Made by a program: the position numbers and the translations under genes. Positions 15,201 through 35,096 of a DNA stretch of 64,000 nucleotides are shown here, one piece after another. Within the stretch, counting starts at the first letter, position 1. The number at the start of each line of letters is the position of its first letter. Source of the stretch: Macrostomum lignano (lineage: Eukaryota). The notes under the pieces were generated by a model that worked only from the letters and a program-made list of their open reading frames with translations, was not told where the DNA came from and made no database searches. The stretch covers positions 116,687 to 180,686 of the forward strand of contig NIVC01002362.1 of the NCBI GenBank assembly GCA_002269645.1, in the 5' to 3' direction.

Positions 15201-15902
15201 GTAGCGATTCAAAAAAATTTTTTATGTTCGACATGACGCTTCTTTTATGTGTGACGTTTCTTGGAAAATTTTAGGAGGCAGCTAGGCTTTACGGAAAAAA
15301 TGCACAGAATGAAGTTTTTTTTCAGCACAACTTTTAATTGCTTTCGGTAGGAGGCGGACTCAATGTTCATCTTTTAATGACTGGCCCCTTGATTTTCGAC
15401 CATAAAGCTTTTCGTTTAGAAAATAAGGATTCCATGTTACTTTTATATCCAATACGTACCTGTCCTATGCCTAATAATAATAGAAAATGGCACAACTGGA
15501 CTTATGGGTTTTGTTAATCTATTTTATCATTGTGTTACACATTTTACACATTAAACAATAATTGAGCATACTATAGATGCTGACTATTCGCGCACAAAAC
15601 TGAACTGCTGTACACACAGCATCAGCTGCGCTAATCTCCTTTTGCACAAAAATTGTTTCCTAATTTCCTCAGCTAATTTCCTCCAATGCAGAGCAGCAGC
15701 TGAGACCCGATGCAGCTATGGCAAGCCCATGCAGTAGGTCCAGATGCACTTGTGCGGCCGGGGCCAGGGACACCCAGAGCCAGAACTTGGAGCGGCAACT
15801 ATTCACCAAAACACCAAATATTCAGACAACTATAGATCGACTTCAGTTTTCACACACGAAAAAATGACTGTAAAGTAGGCTTCCGAATTTAAACGAACTT
15901 TT

Positions 15903-16092
15903 GAATGAGATATGGATATGATTATATCTGAATGAGATATGGATATGACTATATCTGAATGAGATATGGATATGACTATATCTGAATGAGATTTGGATAT
16001 GACTATATCTGAATGATCGATATGGATATGACTATATCTGAATGAGATATGGATATGACTATATCTGAATGAGATATGGATATGACTATATG
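15903..16092. repeat. 27-bp minisatellite (GAATGAGATATGGATATGACTATATCT), ~7 copies
   Basis: Direct reading. Confidence 0.9.
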
Positions 16093-16548
16093 ACTAAAAG
16101 CTACGAGCCAAAGTAAACTTAACAACCGATCTGCAATTGCACTTGTCCGGACGAGTTGCTGGTCCAGTCTCTGGATCGGTCTGGGCCTCCTTGACTGGGC
16201 CAAACACGGCGCTGTCAACAGACTCGCGAACCACAACCCCCCCCCTCTTTGCAGCTCAGCTGTGTTTGCGCCCCATCCCCAGCCTCCTCATGCGTACACC
16301 CCCTTGGGAGTAAGTGCCCAAACGCTGCCCCATCACTTCTTGAGCGCGGGAAAGCAGAGAGCGCCACACAAGCCGTGGTCCCAAATTGCCATGGGTATGG
16401 CGAGCAGTACATACAGTAGCCAGAAGTGTGTGACCGCCTCTGTTCACCAACGCATCCAGCCTCTCTAGTATGAGCTGCGTCATCTCATCCGATTAGAGTT
16501 CCACTTGGAGAGAGCGAGAGGGACAAGCAGATGCATTGCAGTTTAGCC

Positions 16549-16720
16549 TCACTGATTCTGCGATTCTTTTGGGCATATTGGGGGCGATTCTGCTGGGGAT
16601 ATTGGGGGCGATTCTGCTGGGGATATTGGGGGCGATTCTGCTGGGGAAGTTGGGGGGGAGGCGATTCTGCTGGGATATTGGAAGGGGAAGATTCTTCTTC
16701 TGGGGGGGAAGATTCTGGGG
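16549..16720. repeat. 24-bp minisatellite (GATTCTGCTGGGGATATTGGGGGC)
   Basis: Direct reading. Confidence 0.85.
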
Positions 16721-17092
16721 ATATTAGAAGGGTCCAGTTCTGAGGGCTGAAGCTGACTGAGAATCTGCAATGCGTCATCAAGCCCGCATGAGCTGCAGAC
16801 CAATATGCTTGTTCATCTTTATTTTATAAACTGAAAATTCCCATCTGCAACTGTAATTTACTTTCCAACGTCAGGAAGCAGATTGTCCCAACAACGCCAC
16901 CTCTTTCAATTAAGGTGGCGTCTATTGAAAATGTCTGAGCAGGAAACTATGGGAAAATGAGGAAGTCCAGTTACAACTAGTCAGCCACGGCTGGAACAAA
17001 GTGCTTGATATTGTTTTGCCTCCCGTCATTTACGAAATGCCCGGCCGTTACTGAAATGAGTTGGAAGCAAAATGATATTATAACAGGACTTT

Positions 17093-18315
17093 TTTAGATA
17101 AGACAGACACCTGTTAGATAAGACAGGACACCCGTTAGATAAGAAAGACACCCGTTAGATAAGACAGACACCTGTTAGATAAGACAGACACCTGTTAGAT
17201 AAATCAGACACCTGTTAGATAAGACAGACACCTGTTAGATAAGACAGGACACCTGTTAGATAAGACAGACACCTGTTAGATAAGACAGACACCTGTTAGA
17301 TAAGACAGGACACCTGTTAGATAAGACAGACACCTGTTAGATAAGACAGACACCTGTTAGATAAGACAGGACACCTGTTAGATAAGACAGGACACCTGTT
17401 AGATAAGGCAGACACCTGTTAGATAAGACAGACACCTGTTAGATAAGACAGGACACCTGTTAGATAAGACAGACACCTGTTAGATAAGACAGACAGCTGT
17501 TAGATAAGACAGACACCTGTTAGATAAGACAGACACCTGTTAGATAAATCAGACACCTGTTAGATAAGACTGGTACCTGTTAGATAAATCAGACACCTGT
17601 TAGATAAGACAGACACCTGTTAGATGAGACAGACACCCGTTAGATAAGACAGACACCCGTTTGATAAGACAGACACCTGTTAGATAAATCAGACACCTGT
17701 TAGATAAGACAGGACACCTGTTAGATAAGACAGACACCTGTTAGATAAGACAGACAGCTGTTAGATAAGACAGACACCTGTTAGATAAGACAGACACCTG
17801 TTAGATAAATCAGACACCTGTTAGATAAGACTGGTACCTGTTAGATAAATCAGACACCTGTTAGATAAGACAGACACCCGTTAGATGAGACAGACACCCG
17901 TTTGATAAGACAGACACCTGTTAGATAAATCAGACACCTGTTAGTTAAGACAGACACCTGTTAGATAAGACAGACAGCTGTTAGATAAGACAGACACCTG
18001 TTAGATAAGACAGACACCTGTTAGATAAGACAGACACCTGTTAGATAAATCAGACACCTGTTAGATAAGACTGGTGCCTGTTAGATAAATCAGACACCTG
18101 TTAGATAAGACAGACACCTGTTAGATGAGACAGACACCTGTTAGATAAGACAGACACCCGTTAGATAAGACAGACACCCGTTTGATAAGACAGACACCTG
18201 TTAGATAAATCAGACACCTGTTAGTTAAGACAAAACACCTGTTAGATAAGACAGACATTGTTAGATAAGACTGGTACCTGTTAGATAAATCAGACACCTG
18301 TTAGATAAGACTGTC
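17093..18315. repeat. 20/21-bp minisatellite (TTAGATAAGACAGACACCTG), ~60 copies
   Basis: Direct reading. Confidence 0.95.
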
Positions 18316-18626
18316 AGCTGTTAATTTTAAGATAATTAGGTCAATCCGGAACAGTGCATAATCTCACTGTTCAGTGCCCATAGCAAGTGTACTCAAGCTG
18401 AAGCTGGCTGCGATTCTCAAGCTCAATCGATACAGCTGCTTCCACTTGCCAAGGAATGTCTCTACGCGGATTGGCGGAGGTCTCCCCAGCGAATCCCCAC
18501 TACTCATGAGGAAACTAAGAGCTTAAAAATACTCAGAAGCATACTTGCAAATCCTGAAATACTACCGAAACCGCCCCAAAAGCTGTGCCACACTACTAAG
18601 CCAGAATTAGCCACGGATTCGACAGC

Positions 18627-25425
<6,799 letters not shown>

Positions 25426-25699
25426 TGCCTGCGGGTATGCAGGGACCACTGTAAGAGGACGTTTATTTAACGGTGAAGCATCCACTCCCGTCTGAATGAT
25501 CAGTAGATCTTGGCCATGCAGCAAAACTCTTAACCCAGCAACTTGTCTTGCGTAGCCATCGTCGAGACAGACAGCAAAAAATGCAAAATGTACTCGTGAA
25601 ACCTCAGAATTACTTGGTCTGCTTTTTCTCGGAATCAGGCGGCATCCTTGTGTCCCTGTACTGTTTCCCTGTCCCTGTCTGTGTCACGAATTTATGCAA

Positions 25700-26352
25700 A
25701 TCCTACTGATCCAGATCCTACTCCTTCTCCTACTTCTACTACTCCTATACTCCTTCTCCTACTCCTTCTCCTACTCCTACTCCTACTCCTACTCCTTCTC
25801 CTACTCCTACTCCTTCTCCTACTCCTTCTCCTACTCCTTCTACTACTCCTACTCCTTCTCCTACTCCTACTCCTTCTCCTACTCCTACTCCTTCTCCTAC
25901 TCCTACTCCTTCTCCTACTCCTACTCCTTCTCCTACTCCTACTTCTTCTCCTCCTACTCCTTCTCCTACTCCTACTCCTACTCCTTCTCCTACTCCTACT
26001 TCTTCTCCTCCTACTCCTTCTCCTACTTCTACTCCTAATCCTACTCCTTCTACTACTCCTACTCCTTCTCCTTCTCCTACTCCTTCTCCTTCTCCTACTT
26101 CTACTCCTAATCCTACTCCTTCTACTACTCCTATTCCTACTCCTACTCCTTCTCCTACTCCTACTCCTACTCCTTCTCCTACTCCTACTCCTACTCCTAC
26201 TCCTTCTCCTACTCCTTCTCCTACTCCTACTCCTACTCCTACTCCTTCTCCTACTCCTACTCCTACTCCTACTCCTTCTCCTACTCCTACTCCTTCTCCT
26301 ACTCCTACTCCTACTCCTACTCCTTCTCCTACTCCTTCTCCTACTCCTTCTC
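25700..26352. repeat. (CTCCTA/CTCCTT)n hexamer microsatellite
   Basis: Direct reading; source of the poly-Leu ORF. Confidence 0.95.
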
Positions 26353-28772
26353 TTTCTCCACAGGGCGTCGGGGAGCGACTTCAGTATATCCGATCAAGGT
26401 ACTGACTAGGCTGTTATCATACAAATTATCATGTTCTGTCATGTACTGTCCCAATTAATGCCTGCCAGAAAAGTGTCGTGCATATTTTTCAATGAAAATT
26501 ACAAATCTATGTAAAAGTACTTTGCTGCGTTGTTGGGCTGCTTTTCTCGTGCGATTGCTTCAAAGTACAAGCTATTTTTGGTTTTCTATTTTGATTAAAA
26601 ATTTTACACTCGTATGCACCTTTTGGTGCTCCGAAATACGAGTACTTATGTGCATATACATTTATCCGCTTTGTCTTGTGCTTGCCTCCTTACATGAGAA
26701 GTAAGATTTATTGAGCTGTATGGACACATGGAAATTTAGTTATGCTACGCTTGTATTTATGCTGTAAGTGGTCCTTGGATATGTACAAAAATGTCGTCTG
26801 TTCCGAACTACAAATGTCTCTACAACCCAAATTCCAAGTGTCTCTGTTACAGAACAATTTTTACCCAACCTGTAACCGAATTGTACATGCATGTGTATCA
26901 GGCCGAACTGAAACGGCCGCGCCGCGAGCGCGGCTGTTACCTAACTGTCTGTTTACCACATTGTCCCACATTGTCTAATTAAGCTAGCAAAATGTTTAAT
27001 TTGACTGCATAAAAAGTACAAGATACTATATATAAATTAAGTGCACCGCAACCGACTTCTTCGAATGTATTGGTGCTACGCCGAGAGGTACGATTTGCGA
27101 TACAATACTTACTCTTTCCTTGTTGTTATTTCTTTCTCTTTGTTAATTTGATATTGTTTTGTTCTTTGTCTTTCTAGATCTTTAAATTTTGTGTATGGCT
27201 TGATTATATAATTCGCTTTTTAAGCAATTAATTAATTTGATGAATATGTGTGTTTTAAGCGTTTTAAAATATATATAGTAGCTTGTACGTCTGCTGTTAC
27301 CGCTTTAAGTGAAAAAATTGTTGTCTTTTTTGGCTTACATATAGCTAATTAATTTATTAGCACAGTTTATAACTACGAGCATCATAACTCGATAATAATT
27401 ACTGCATGTACGTGTACATGTATGTCGTGTATAAAAATGTTTTTGATTAAAAGCAAAATTGCATCAAGAGCACTCAGATTTCATATAAAAAATAATGCCA
27501 GATTTTTCCTCAGAGCAGTACTTGTACATTTAACATCTATTTCACACGTTGTGAAGTGTGTAGTGGTTCATGTACGTATGTATATCTACAAATGTTATGT
27601 AGGTTAATATCACGGCATACATGTGAAAGTAATACCATGTAAGAGAAGTTAGGCCTATTGTTCACCACTATGCTAAAGCAACTTTTCCAGTACCTAAAAA
27701 CCTAATAGTCATAAATAGGAAAACTTACTGCCTCTGGATTTTCTCTTCCCTTTGATTCTCTTTGATGTCCAAAGAAAATATTCATAATATAAGAAAATTT
27801 TTGACGAGGTTCTCGCGTGAACTTATTCTTCGCATTAATTTGAAAGTTAACGCGTGACGGAAATGGTTTTTACAACAAGAGACAACGTCTATATTACAAT
27901 ATGAGGTAGCCCTCTAGAACGTTTATTAGACCTATTTTTCGATTTATTACATTTTTTTAATTGTACCATATAACCATTGGCATCCAGGCATTGTGGCATT
28001 GGCATAGACATAAAGCGAAAGGCATACATGTGATTGTGATGTAATCTGCTAATCCAGAATCCCAAAAACAAAACTAAAAGCACCTAGTTGCCAATATGTA
28101 AAATGCAAGACAAGAAGCCTAGGCCTAGGAATAGTTGGATAAGGAACCTCTCTAAATATAAATATCTAAAGTAGTATTATTGGCCATCTTATTGCCAATT
28201 GCCATGAGTTCCTTCTTACTACAACTACAGTTGCCTTTCAACCCCTTTGGGCTTGGAGGCATGGATCAGAATAATGGGAAAAGTTTAAAGATTCTAAGAA
28301 GGTAAAACAATATTGTGCTAGACTTATTAATAGTTTTAAATCATAATTTAAATATATTTGGCCTATTTCAATCAGTCTATTTGATAGGATATATCATATA
28401 TTATAGGTCTATTTGCAAAAGTAAGTTTTTATTATACTAGATTCATTTATTATCTATATTATTTCATTTATTATCTAACTTATTAGGCCTACATATCATT
28501 ATATCTTTCATTTTGAATCATAATGTAATAATCGTATCATAATTAATCCTATTTTTTTCCTAGGCCTTGAAAAATCTTCTATTTTATTTTAATTTAAGCT
28601 CAAATTTTCAACTAAAAAGCATAATTCAAATGTTTAATATTTTTAGGCTTTAAATAGTCATGGAAGATACTATCAACAAAAGGTATATTTTAAATTAATA
28701 TTTTTCATTTATACCTATTAACAATATAAATCATTGTCATTTTATGACCCCTAGTGTAAAGTTACTAAAATT

Positions 28773-31700
28773 ATGGAACTAAAAAAATTTCTTCTTATTC
28801 CAATACTGATGGCAATCCTTGCCTACTTGTTATATGAGCCAGTGCCAGACTATGTGCAGGATTGGCATTCTGTTGCTATTAAAAATTGTATTGGAAAGCT
28901 CTGTCATTTTATTGTAAGTATTTTCAGCTTTATTTTTATTTATATCATTTAAGCTATCATTGTTTTTTTAGATTCTTGAGTGGGCTATTACCCATTAGGC
29001 TTTTTAGTATCTGCTATCTTTTCTCTTAAATGTCTATCAATGGCTGCTATCTTCTTTCTCAAATGTCTATCAATGATTGCTACCCTCTCCCTCAGGTGTT
29101 CTTCAGTGACTGCCACCCTCTCCCTCAGGTGTTCTTCAGTGACTGCCACCCTCTCCCTCAGGTGTTCTTCAGTGACTGCCACCCTCTCCCTCAGGTGTTC
29201 TTCAGTGACTGCCACCCTCTCCCTCAGGTGTTCTTCAGTGACTGCCACCCTCTCCCTCAAGTGTTCTTCGGTGACTGCCCCCCTCTCCCTCAGGTGTTCT
29301 TCAGTGACTGCCACCCTCTCCCTTAGGGGTCAATCAGTAGCTGCTACCCTCTCCTTCAGATGTCAATCAGTAGCTGCTACCCTCTCCTTCAGATGTCAAT
29401 CAGTAGCTGCTACCCTCTCCTTCAGATGTCAATCAGTAGCTGCCACCCTCTCCCTTAGGTTGTTCTTCAGTGACTGCCCCCCTCTCCCTCAGGTGTTCTT
29501 CAGTGACTGCCACCCTCTCCCTCAGGTGTTCTTCAGTGACTGCCACCCTCTCCCTCAGGTGTTCTTCAGTGACTGCCACCCTCTCCCTCAGGTGTTCTTC
29601 AGTGACTGCCACCCTCTCCCTCAGGTGTTCTTCAGTGACTGCCACCCTCTCCCTCAGGTGTTCTTCAGTGACTGCCACCCTCTCCCTCAGGTGTTCTTCA
29701 GTGACTGCCACCCTCTCCCTCAGTTGTTCTTCAGTTACTGCCACCCTCTCCCTCAGGTGTTCTTCAGTGACTGCCCCCTTCTCCCTCAGGTGTTTTTCAG
29801 TGACTGCCCCCCTCTCCCTCAGGTGTTCTTCAGTGACTGCCCCCCTCTCCCTCAGGTGTTCTTCAGTGACTGCCACCCTCTCCCTCAGTTGTTCTTCAGT
29901 GACTGCCACCCTCTCCCTCAGGTGTTCTTCAGTGACTGCCACCCTCTCCCTCAGGTGTTCTTCAGTGACTGCCACCCTCTCCCTCAGGTGTTCTTCAGTG
30001 ACTGCCCCCCTCTCCCTCAGGTGTTCTTCAGTGACTACTTACCCTCTCCTTCAGGGGATCCTTCAAACTCCATGAAGTACTTATTGTACTTGAATAGCTA
30101 CCCTAATCAGCTGTGCTGGATCTTTCCCAGGGCTCAGCGCTCTCACTCACCGGGCTGTGGGAGGCGCCGCATGTCCAGCTGCAGCGCCTGGCCGACTTGG
30201 CGTTGCTGACGCCTGCACTGCCGGCCAACAGCAGCCGCCTGACCGTGACCGAAGCCCGGTTTGCCGATTCTCGAGCGCTGGTTTTCAGACCGGCCGGAGC
30301 CAGGGCGGGCGGACCCGGCCTGGTGTGGATTCACGGCGGCGGCTGGGTGTTCGGCTCGCCAGATGCTTCGGCCGGTTTTGTGACCAGATTGGCAATGAGA
30401 ATCAACATCACTGCGGTGGCTATTGAGTGAGTGGGTTGAGCTGCCGGTTTTGTGACCAGATTGGCAATGAGAATCAACATCACTGCGGTGGCTATTAAGT
30501 GAGTGGGTTGAGCTGCCGGTTTTGTGACCAGATTGGCAATGAGAATCAACATCACTGCGGTGGCTATTGAGTGAGTGGGTGAGCTGCCGGTTTTGTGACC
30601 AGATTGGCAATGAGAATCAACATCACTGCGGTGGCTATTGAGTGAGTGGGTGAGCTGCCGGTTTTGTGACCAGATTGGCAATGAGAATCAACATCACTGC
30701 GGTGGCTATAGAGTGAGTGGGTGAGCTGCCGGTTTTGTGACCAGATTGGCAATGAGAATCAACATCACTGCGGTGGCTATTGAGTGAGTGGGTGAGCTGC
30801 CGGTTTTGTGACCAGATTGGCAATGAGAATCAACATCACTGCGGTGGCTATTGAGTGAGTGGGTGAGCTGCCGGTTTTGTGACCAGATTGGCAATGAGAA
30901 TCAACATCACTGCGGTGGCTATTGAGTGAGTGGGTGAGCTGCCGGTTTTGTGACCAGATTGGCAATGAGAATCAACATCACTGCGGTGGCTATTGAGTGA
31001 GTGGGTGAGCTGCCGGTTTTGTGACCAGATTGGCAATGAGAATCAACATCACTGCGGTGGCTATTGAGTGAGTGGGTGAGGTACCAGTTTTGAGTGAGTC
31101 AGTCAGTCACTAGTGCATCACGTAAACTGTAGAATCGTAAGAGTTGCGAAAAAGTTGTTGACGTAGTACTAATTAGATGACGAGGCATTTCGCCTTAAAA
31201 ATAGAGTTTAGATACTCCTGCCGTTTACCCATAATTACCTTAATTTTTGCTTACCTTAGGTTTCTTTCATAGCTAAGTCTAGTTTAGTCAGTATAGTCAC
31301 TCAAGTAGACTAAATAGAGTTGTTATAAATGCGAAATGCGATTCTAAAGATTTGTGAACTATTCTGGTTCTTAGCTCGTAATTTATGCCGAAAACATGAG
31401 GTCATGTGACCCCTACATCATCTCTGTCAATGAACTCAAAGCTCATTAATCTCCTTCATCAGGTATCGCCGGGCCCCTGAGCACCCGTTCCCAGCTGCCT
31501 TTGATGACTGCCTCGCCGCAGTTCGCTCCATCCTAGCCAACGCCAGCTCAGTGCTGGGCGTTAATCCGCACCGGATTATGCTTGGCGGGGACAGCGCAGG
31601 CGGGCAACTGGCCGCCTCGGTTACTCAGGCGCTGGCCAAGGCTGAGGACCAGCTGACCCCGCGTCTCCAGCTGCTGGTGTACCCCATCACCCAGCTGGCC

Positions 31701-32973
31701 AACTTCAGGACCCAGTCCCACCGGGAGAGCTACAGATCGCCGCTGCTTGAGGGCAGTCAGGTGGCCCGGAGTGCCAGCATGTACCTGACTGGCAGCATTC
31801 GGCACTGGCGTTCCGTCATTGGGAACGGGCATGCCAGCAAGTCCGTGCGGGCCGTCTATACCGAAAGAGTAAGTACTAATTATAGGATTTAGTTCTATCA
31901 TTATATTGCTTCTTGATCACGAATTTGTCTATATAGCTTCACCTGAAACCCAAAGGTCACTCTATCATCATTCCAGGTGACCTGAACTCTTAAAGTTTAT
32001 CTGAGGTCTCATCAGTCACCTGAAATCCCCATGGCCCATCTGAGGTCTCATGAGTTACCTGAAATCCCCATGGTTCATCTCAGGTCACTGGGGTCACCTA
32101 AACTCACATAGTTCATCTAAGGTCACTGGGGTCACATGAACTCACATAGTTCATCTAAGGTCACTGGGGTCACATGAACTCACATAGTTCATCAAAGGTC
32201 ACTGGGGTCACCTGAACTCACATCGTTCATCTACGGTCACTGGGGTCACATGAACTCACATAGTTCATCTCAGGTCACTGGGGTCACCTGAACTCACATC
32301 GTTCATCTACGGTCACTGGGGTCACATGAACTCACATAGTTCATCTCAGGTCACTGGGGTCACCTGAACTCACATCGTTCATCTAAGGTCACGGGGTCAC
32401 CTAAACTCACATAGTTCATGTAAGGTCACTGGGGTCACCTAAACTCACATAGTTCATCTAAGGTCACTGGGGCACATGAACTCACATAGTTCATCTAAGG
32501 TCACTGGGGTCACATGAACTCACATAGTTCATCTAAGGTCACTGGGGTCACCTGAACTCACATCGTTCATCTACTCGTAAGGTCACTGGGGTCATCAGCT
32601 GACCAGTCCAATCATCGCATATCAATGCCTCACCCCGATCCCGCAGCTCGGCGAGTCCATGCCGCCAGAATCCTCCCACGCAGACGCGACCCTGGCAGCT
32701 AAACTGGAGAAGCTTCTCATCGATCCGCGAGTGTCGCCTCTGCTGACGCCCAGCATCGATCCGCTGCGGCTGCCGCCCGCCTACATCGTGGCCTGCCAGC
32801 ACGATCCATTGAGAAGCGACGCCCATCTGTATTCTCAACGGCTGGAGAAGTCGGGAGTTCGAGTCTACTATAAGTACTATCCGTGCTATCACGGCTGCCT
32901 GACGGAGGACAAGGATGCCAAAAGGATTGTGGACGATATGGCTGTGTTCTTTAATAGCAATGCCATGCTCTGA
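28773..32973 (+). CDS. AADAC: Arylacetamide deacetylase / NCEH1-like HSL-family esterase, 405 aa; exons 28773..28913, 30131..30426, 31463..31868, 32599..32973
   Basis: N-terminal signal anchor MELKKFLLIPILMAILAYLLYEPVP; HGGG oxyanion motif; E-YRRAPEHPFP; GDSAGG nucleophile; HDPLR (Asp); YHG (His). Junctions are in phase, total 1218 nt. Family call is firm; exact orthology is not. Confidence 0.92.
29085..30050. repeat. 33-bp minisatellite (GTGACTGCCACCCTCTCCCTCAGGTGTTCTTCA) in esterase intron 1
   Basis: Direct reading. Confidence 0.95.
30371..31080 (+). repeat. 71/72-bp tandem array, ~10 copies, each made of the last ~56 nt of exon 2 plus its GTGAGT donor
   Basis: Unit GCCGGTTTTGTGACCAGATTGGCAATGAGAATCAACATCACTGCGGTGGCTATTGA|GTGAGTGGGTGAGCT; ORF-track starts recur every 71 nt. 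Confidence 0.97.
32030..32595. repeat. 38-bp minisatellite (GTTCATCTAAGGTCACTGGGGTCACATGAACTCACATA) running into the exon-4 acceptor
   Basis: Direct reading. Confidence 0.92.
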
Positions 32974-33400
32974 GATTCGTACAAGATGGGGTGAGATTCT
33001 TGCAAGATGGGGTGAGATTCGTACAAGATGGGGTGAGATTCTTACAAGATGGGGTGAGATTCTTGCAAGATGGGTGGAGATTCGTAAAGATGGAGTGAGA
33101 TTCCTACAATATGGGGTGAGATTCGTACAAGATGGGGTGAGATTCGTGGAATATGGGGTGAGATTCGTACAATATGGGGTGAGATTTGTACAATATGGGG
33201 TGAGATTCTTACAATATAGGATGAGATTCGTACAATATGGGGTGAGATTTGTACAATATGGGATGAGATTCGTACAAGATGGGGTTAGATTCGTACAGAT
33301 AAGGTGAGACTCGTACAAGTTGGGCTGAGATTCGTACAATCTAGGCTGAGATTCGTACAATCTAGGCTGATATTCGTAGCACATGGGTTGAGAGAATCGT
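32971..33400. repeat. 21-bp minisatellite (TGAGATTCGTACAAGATGGGG) starting at the esterase stop codon
   Basis: Direct reading. Confidence 0.92.
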
Positions 33401-34014
33401 ACATGATGTAGTTAGTTTGGTAAAAGATTAAGGGAGATATCTTGCGACGAGGCGACGAGGTTTTTAAGGTAACAAAAATTGTAAAATACTTTGTAGTACT
33501 ATCTTTTTCCTTATAATAAGTCAGTCGCCCTTTTTTAACGCCCCCTACTTATTTTTGTATTGCTTGCTTGTTATTTTATCAATATTTCATTATACACTAC
33601 TTCAAGAAGTAGACCAATTTGCGCATTGTCTAACATTTTGCATTGTCATTAATTTTGTACGTACGCACTTTCGGTGCTAACAAAACCCAGTGTAGTTTTT
33701 GTGACTGTTTACTCCAACTTTTGCACCGCCGCAATTTGATAAGCCAGCATCCCCCCCCCCGAGTCCGCTTGTACTTTTGTTCATAACTTGTTATTCTCTT
33801 GTTCGTCTTTTTACTTAATCTTTATCGGTTAGGCTTTACCGATAAATGACTGGTTTTACTGAATACATTTAGCAATTCTACTTGTACAAAGAGATATGCA
33901 AGACATTGTGCTTTTAGTTGGAGTCCGTTATTTTTTATTCATTCTGTCGCAACGTCAATTACTTGGGCAAACTGAGTCAGGCATTTGCTGTGAGTTGAGT
34001 GTTGAGTCACAGTG

Positions 34015-34410
34015 TGGGTCAGGTATTGAGGAATAATGTTGGTCAGATAATAGGTCATAGTGGGTCATAATGTTGGTCAAGTATTGGGTCATACATTTAT
34101 TGTTGGTCAGGTTGGTCATACATGTAATGCATAGTGTTGGTCAGGTATTTGGTCATACATTTAAAGTTGTCAGGTATTGGGTCATTACATGTATATACAT
34201 GTAGTGTTGGTCAGGTATTGGGTCATACATTTATTGTTGGTCAGGTTGGTCATACATGTAATGCATAGTGTTGGTCAGGTATTTGGTCATACATTAAGAG
34301 TTGGTCAGGTATTTGGTCGTACATTTAAAGTTGTCAGGTATTGGGTCATTACATGTATATACATGTAGTGTTGGTCAGGTATTTTATTAGTGTTTGTCAT
34401 ACATGTACAT
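34015..34410. repeat. Degenerate repeat (GTTGGTCAGGTATTGGGTCATACAT) with a larger internal duplication
   Basis: Direct reading. Confidence 0.8.
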
Positions 34411-35096
34411 GTTAGATTAGTGACATTGGCTCAGGCACTTAGCAGGGCAAACAGCAATTCATTCCCCGAAGCTCAAATGGAGTTAGTTCTATAAGGCATA
34501 TAGAATATTTTGAGTTTTGCATTGTCATCAAGGTGTTATGAGGTAGCGAACGCCTACTTATTGCCCTTACGGCACTCTACTGCCAACCAGTCCACTTGAA
34601 TTGGATAGATGGTCGCTCTTGTAATTAGAGCAAAATCTGCTTTTGTGTGTCTGCAGTTTGCCTTCGAACTGCAATGGCCGCGTTAGCAAACAGGACAGTG
34701 GAGGGGGCAGCTGGGGCCGTTCACTGCGCCTCTCGCTCTTGCTGTTGATGAGATGTTTCTTACAAGCAGATGCCTACTAAAATGCATGCGCACTATTCTG
34801 CAGCTTTGAGTAGGTCACTCCACCTCTACTCTGGCCTCTTCATTGCTCTGCCGTGGACTCGAAACTCGAAAGCAAACTGGAATTTCACCCGAATGCTCTC
34901 AATGTGCCTCTCTCTCTCTCTCTGCCCAACACAGGGAGAGAGAATCTGCATAGTTTTACAAATTGTTTACCTAGCTAAACCTGCCAGTTAAAAGAATGAA
35001 AGCAGGCCGTCAGCGCTATACCGAGAAAGCGTCTTCAGAGTGACTTCCAATTCCATCTTCTGGTGCCTAAATTCTCGATTCGGCCTGGTGAATGAC

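Noticed and set aside
16090-16800. Short GC-richer ORFs (PQYPQQNR repeats)
   Set aside because: They are driven by a 24-bp repeat, with no homology or splice structure I can support.
25648-26409. Poly-Leu 253-aa ORF
   Set aside because: It is a hexamer microsatellite downstream of the ORP stop codon.
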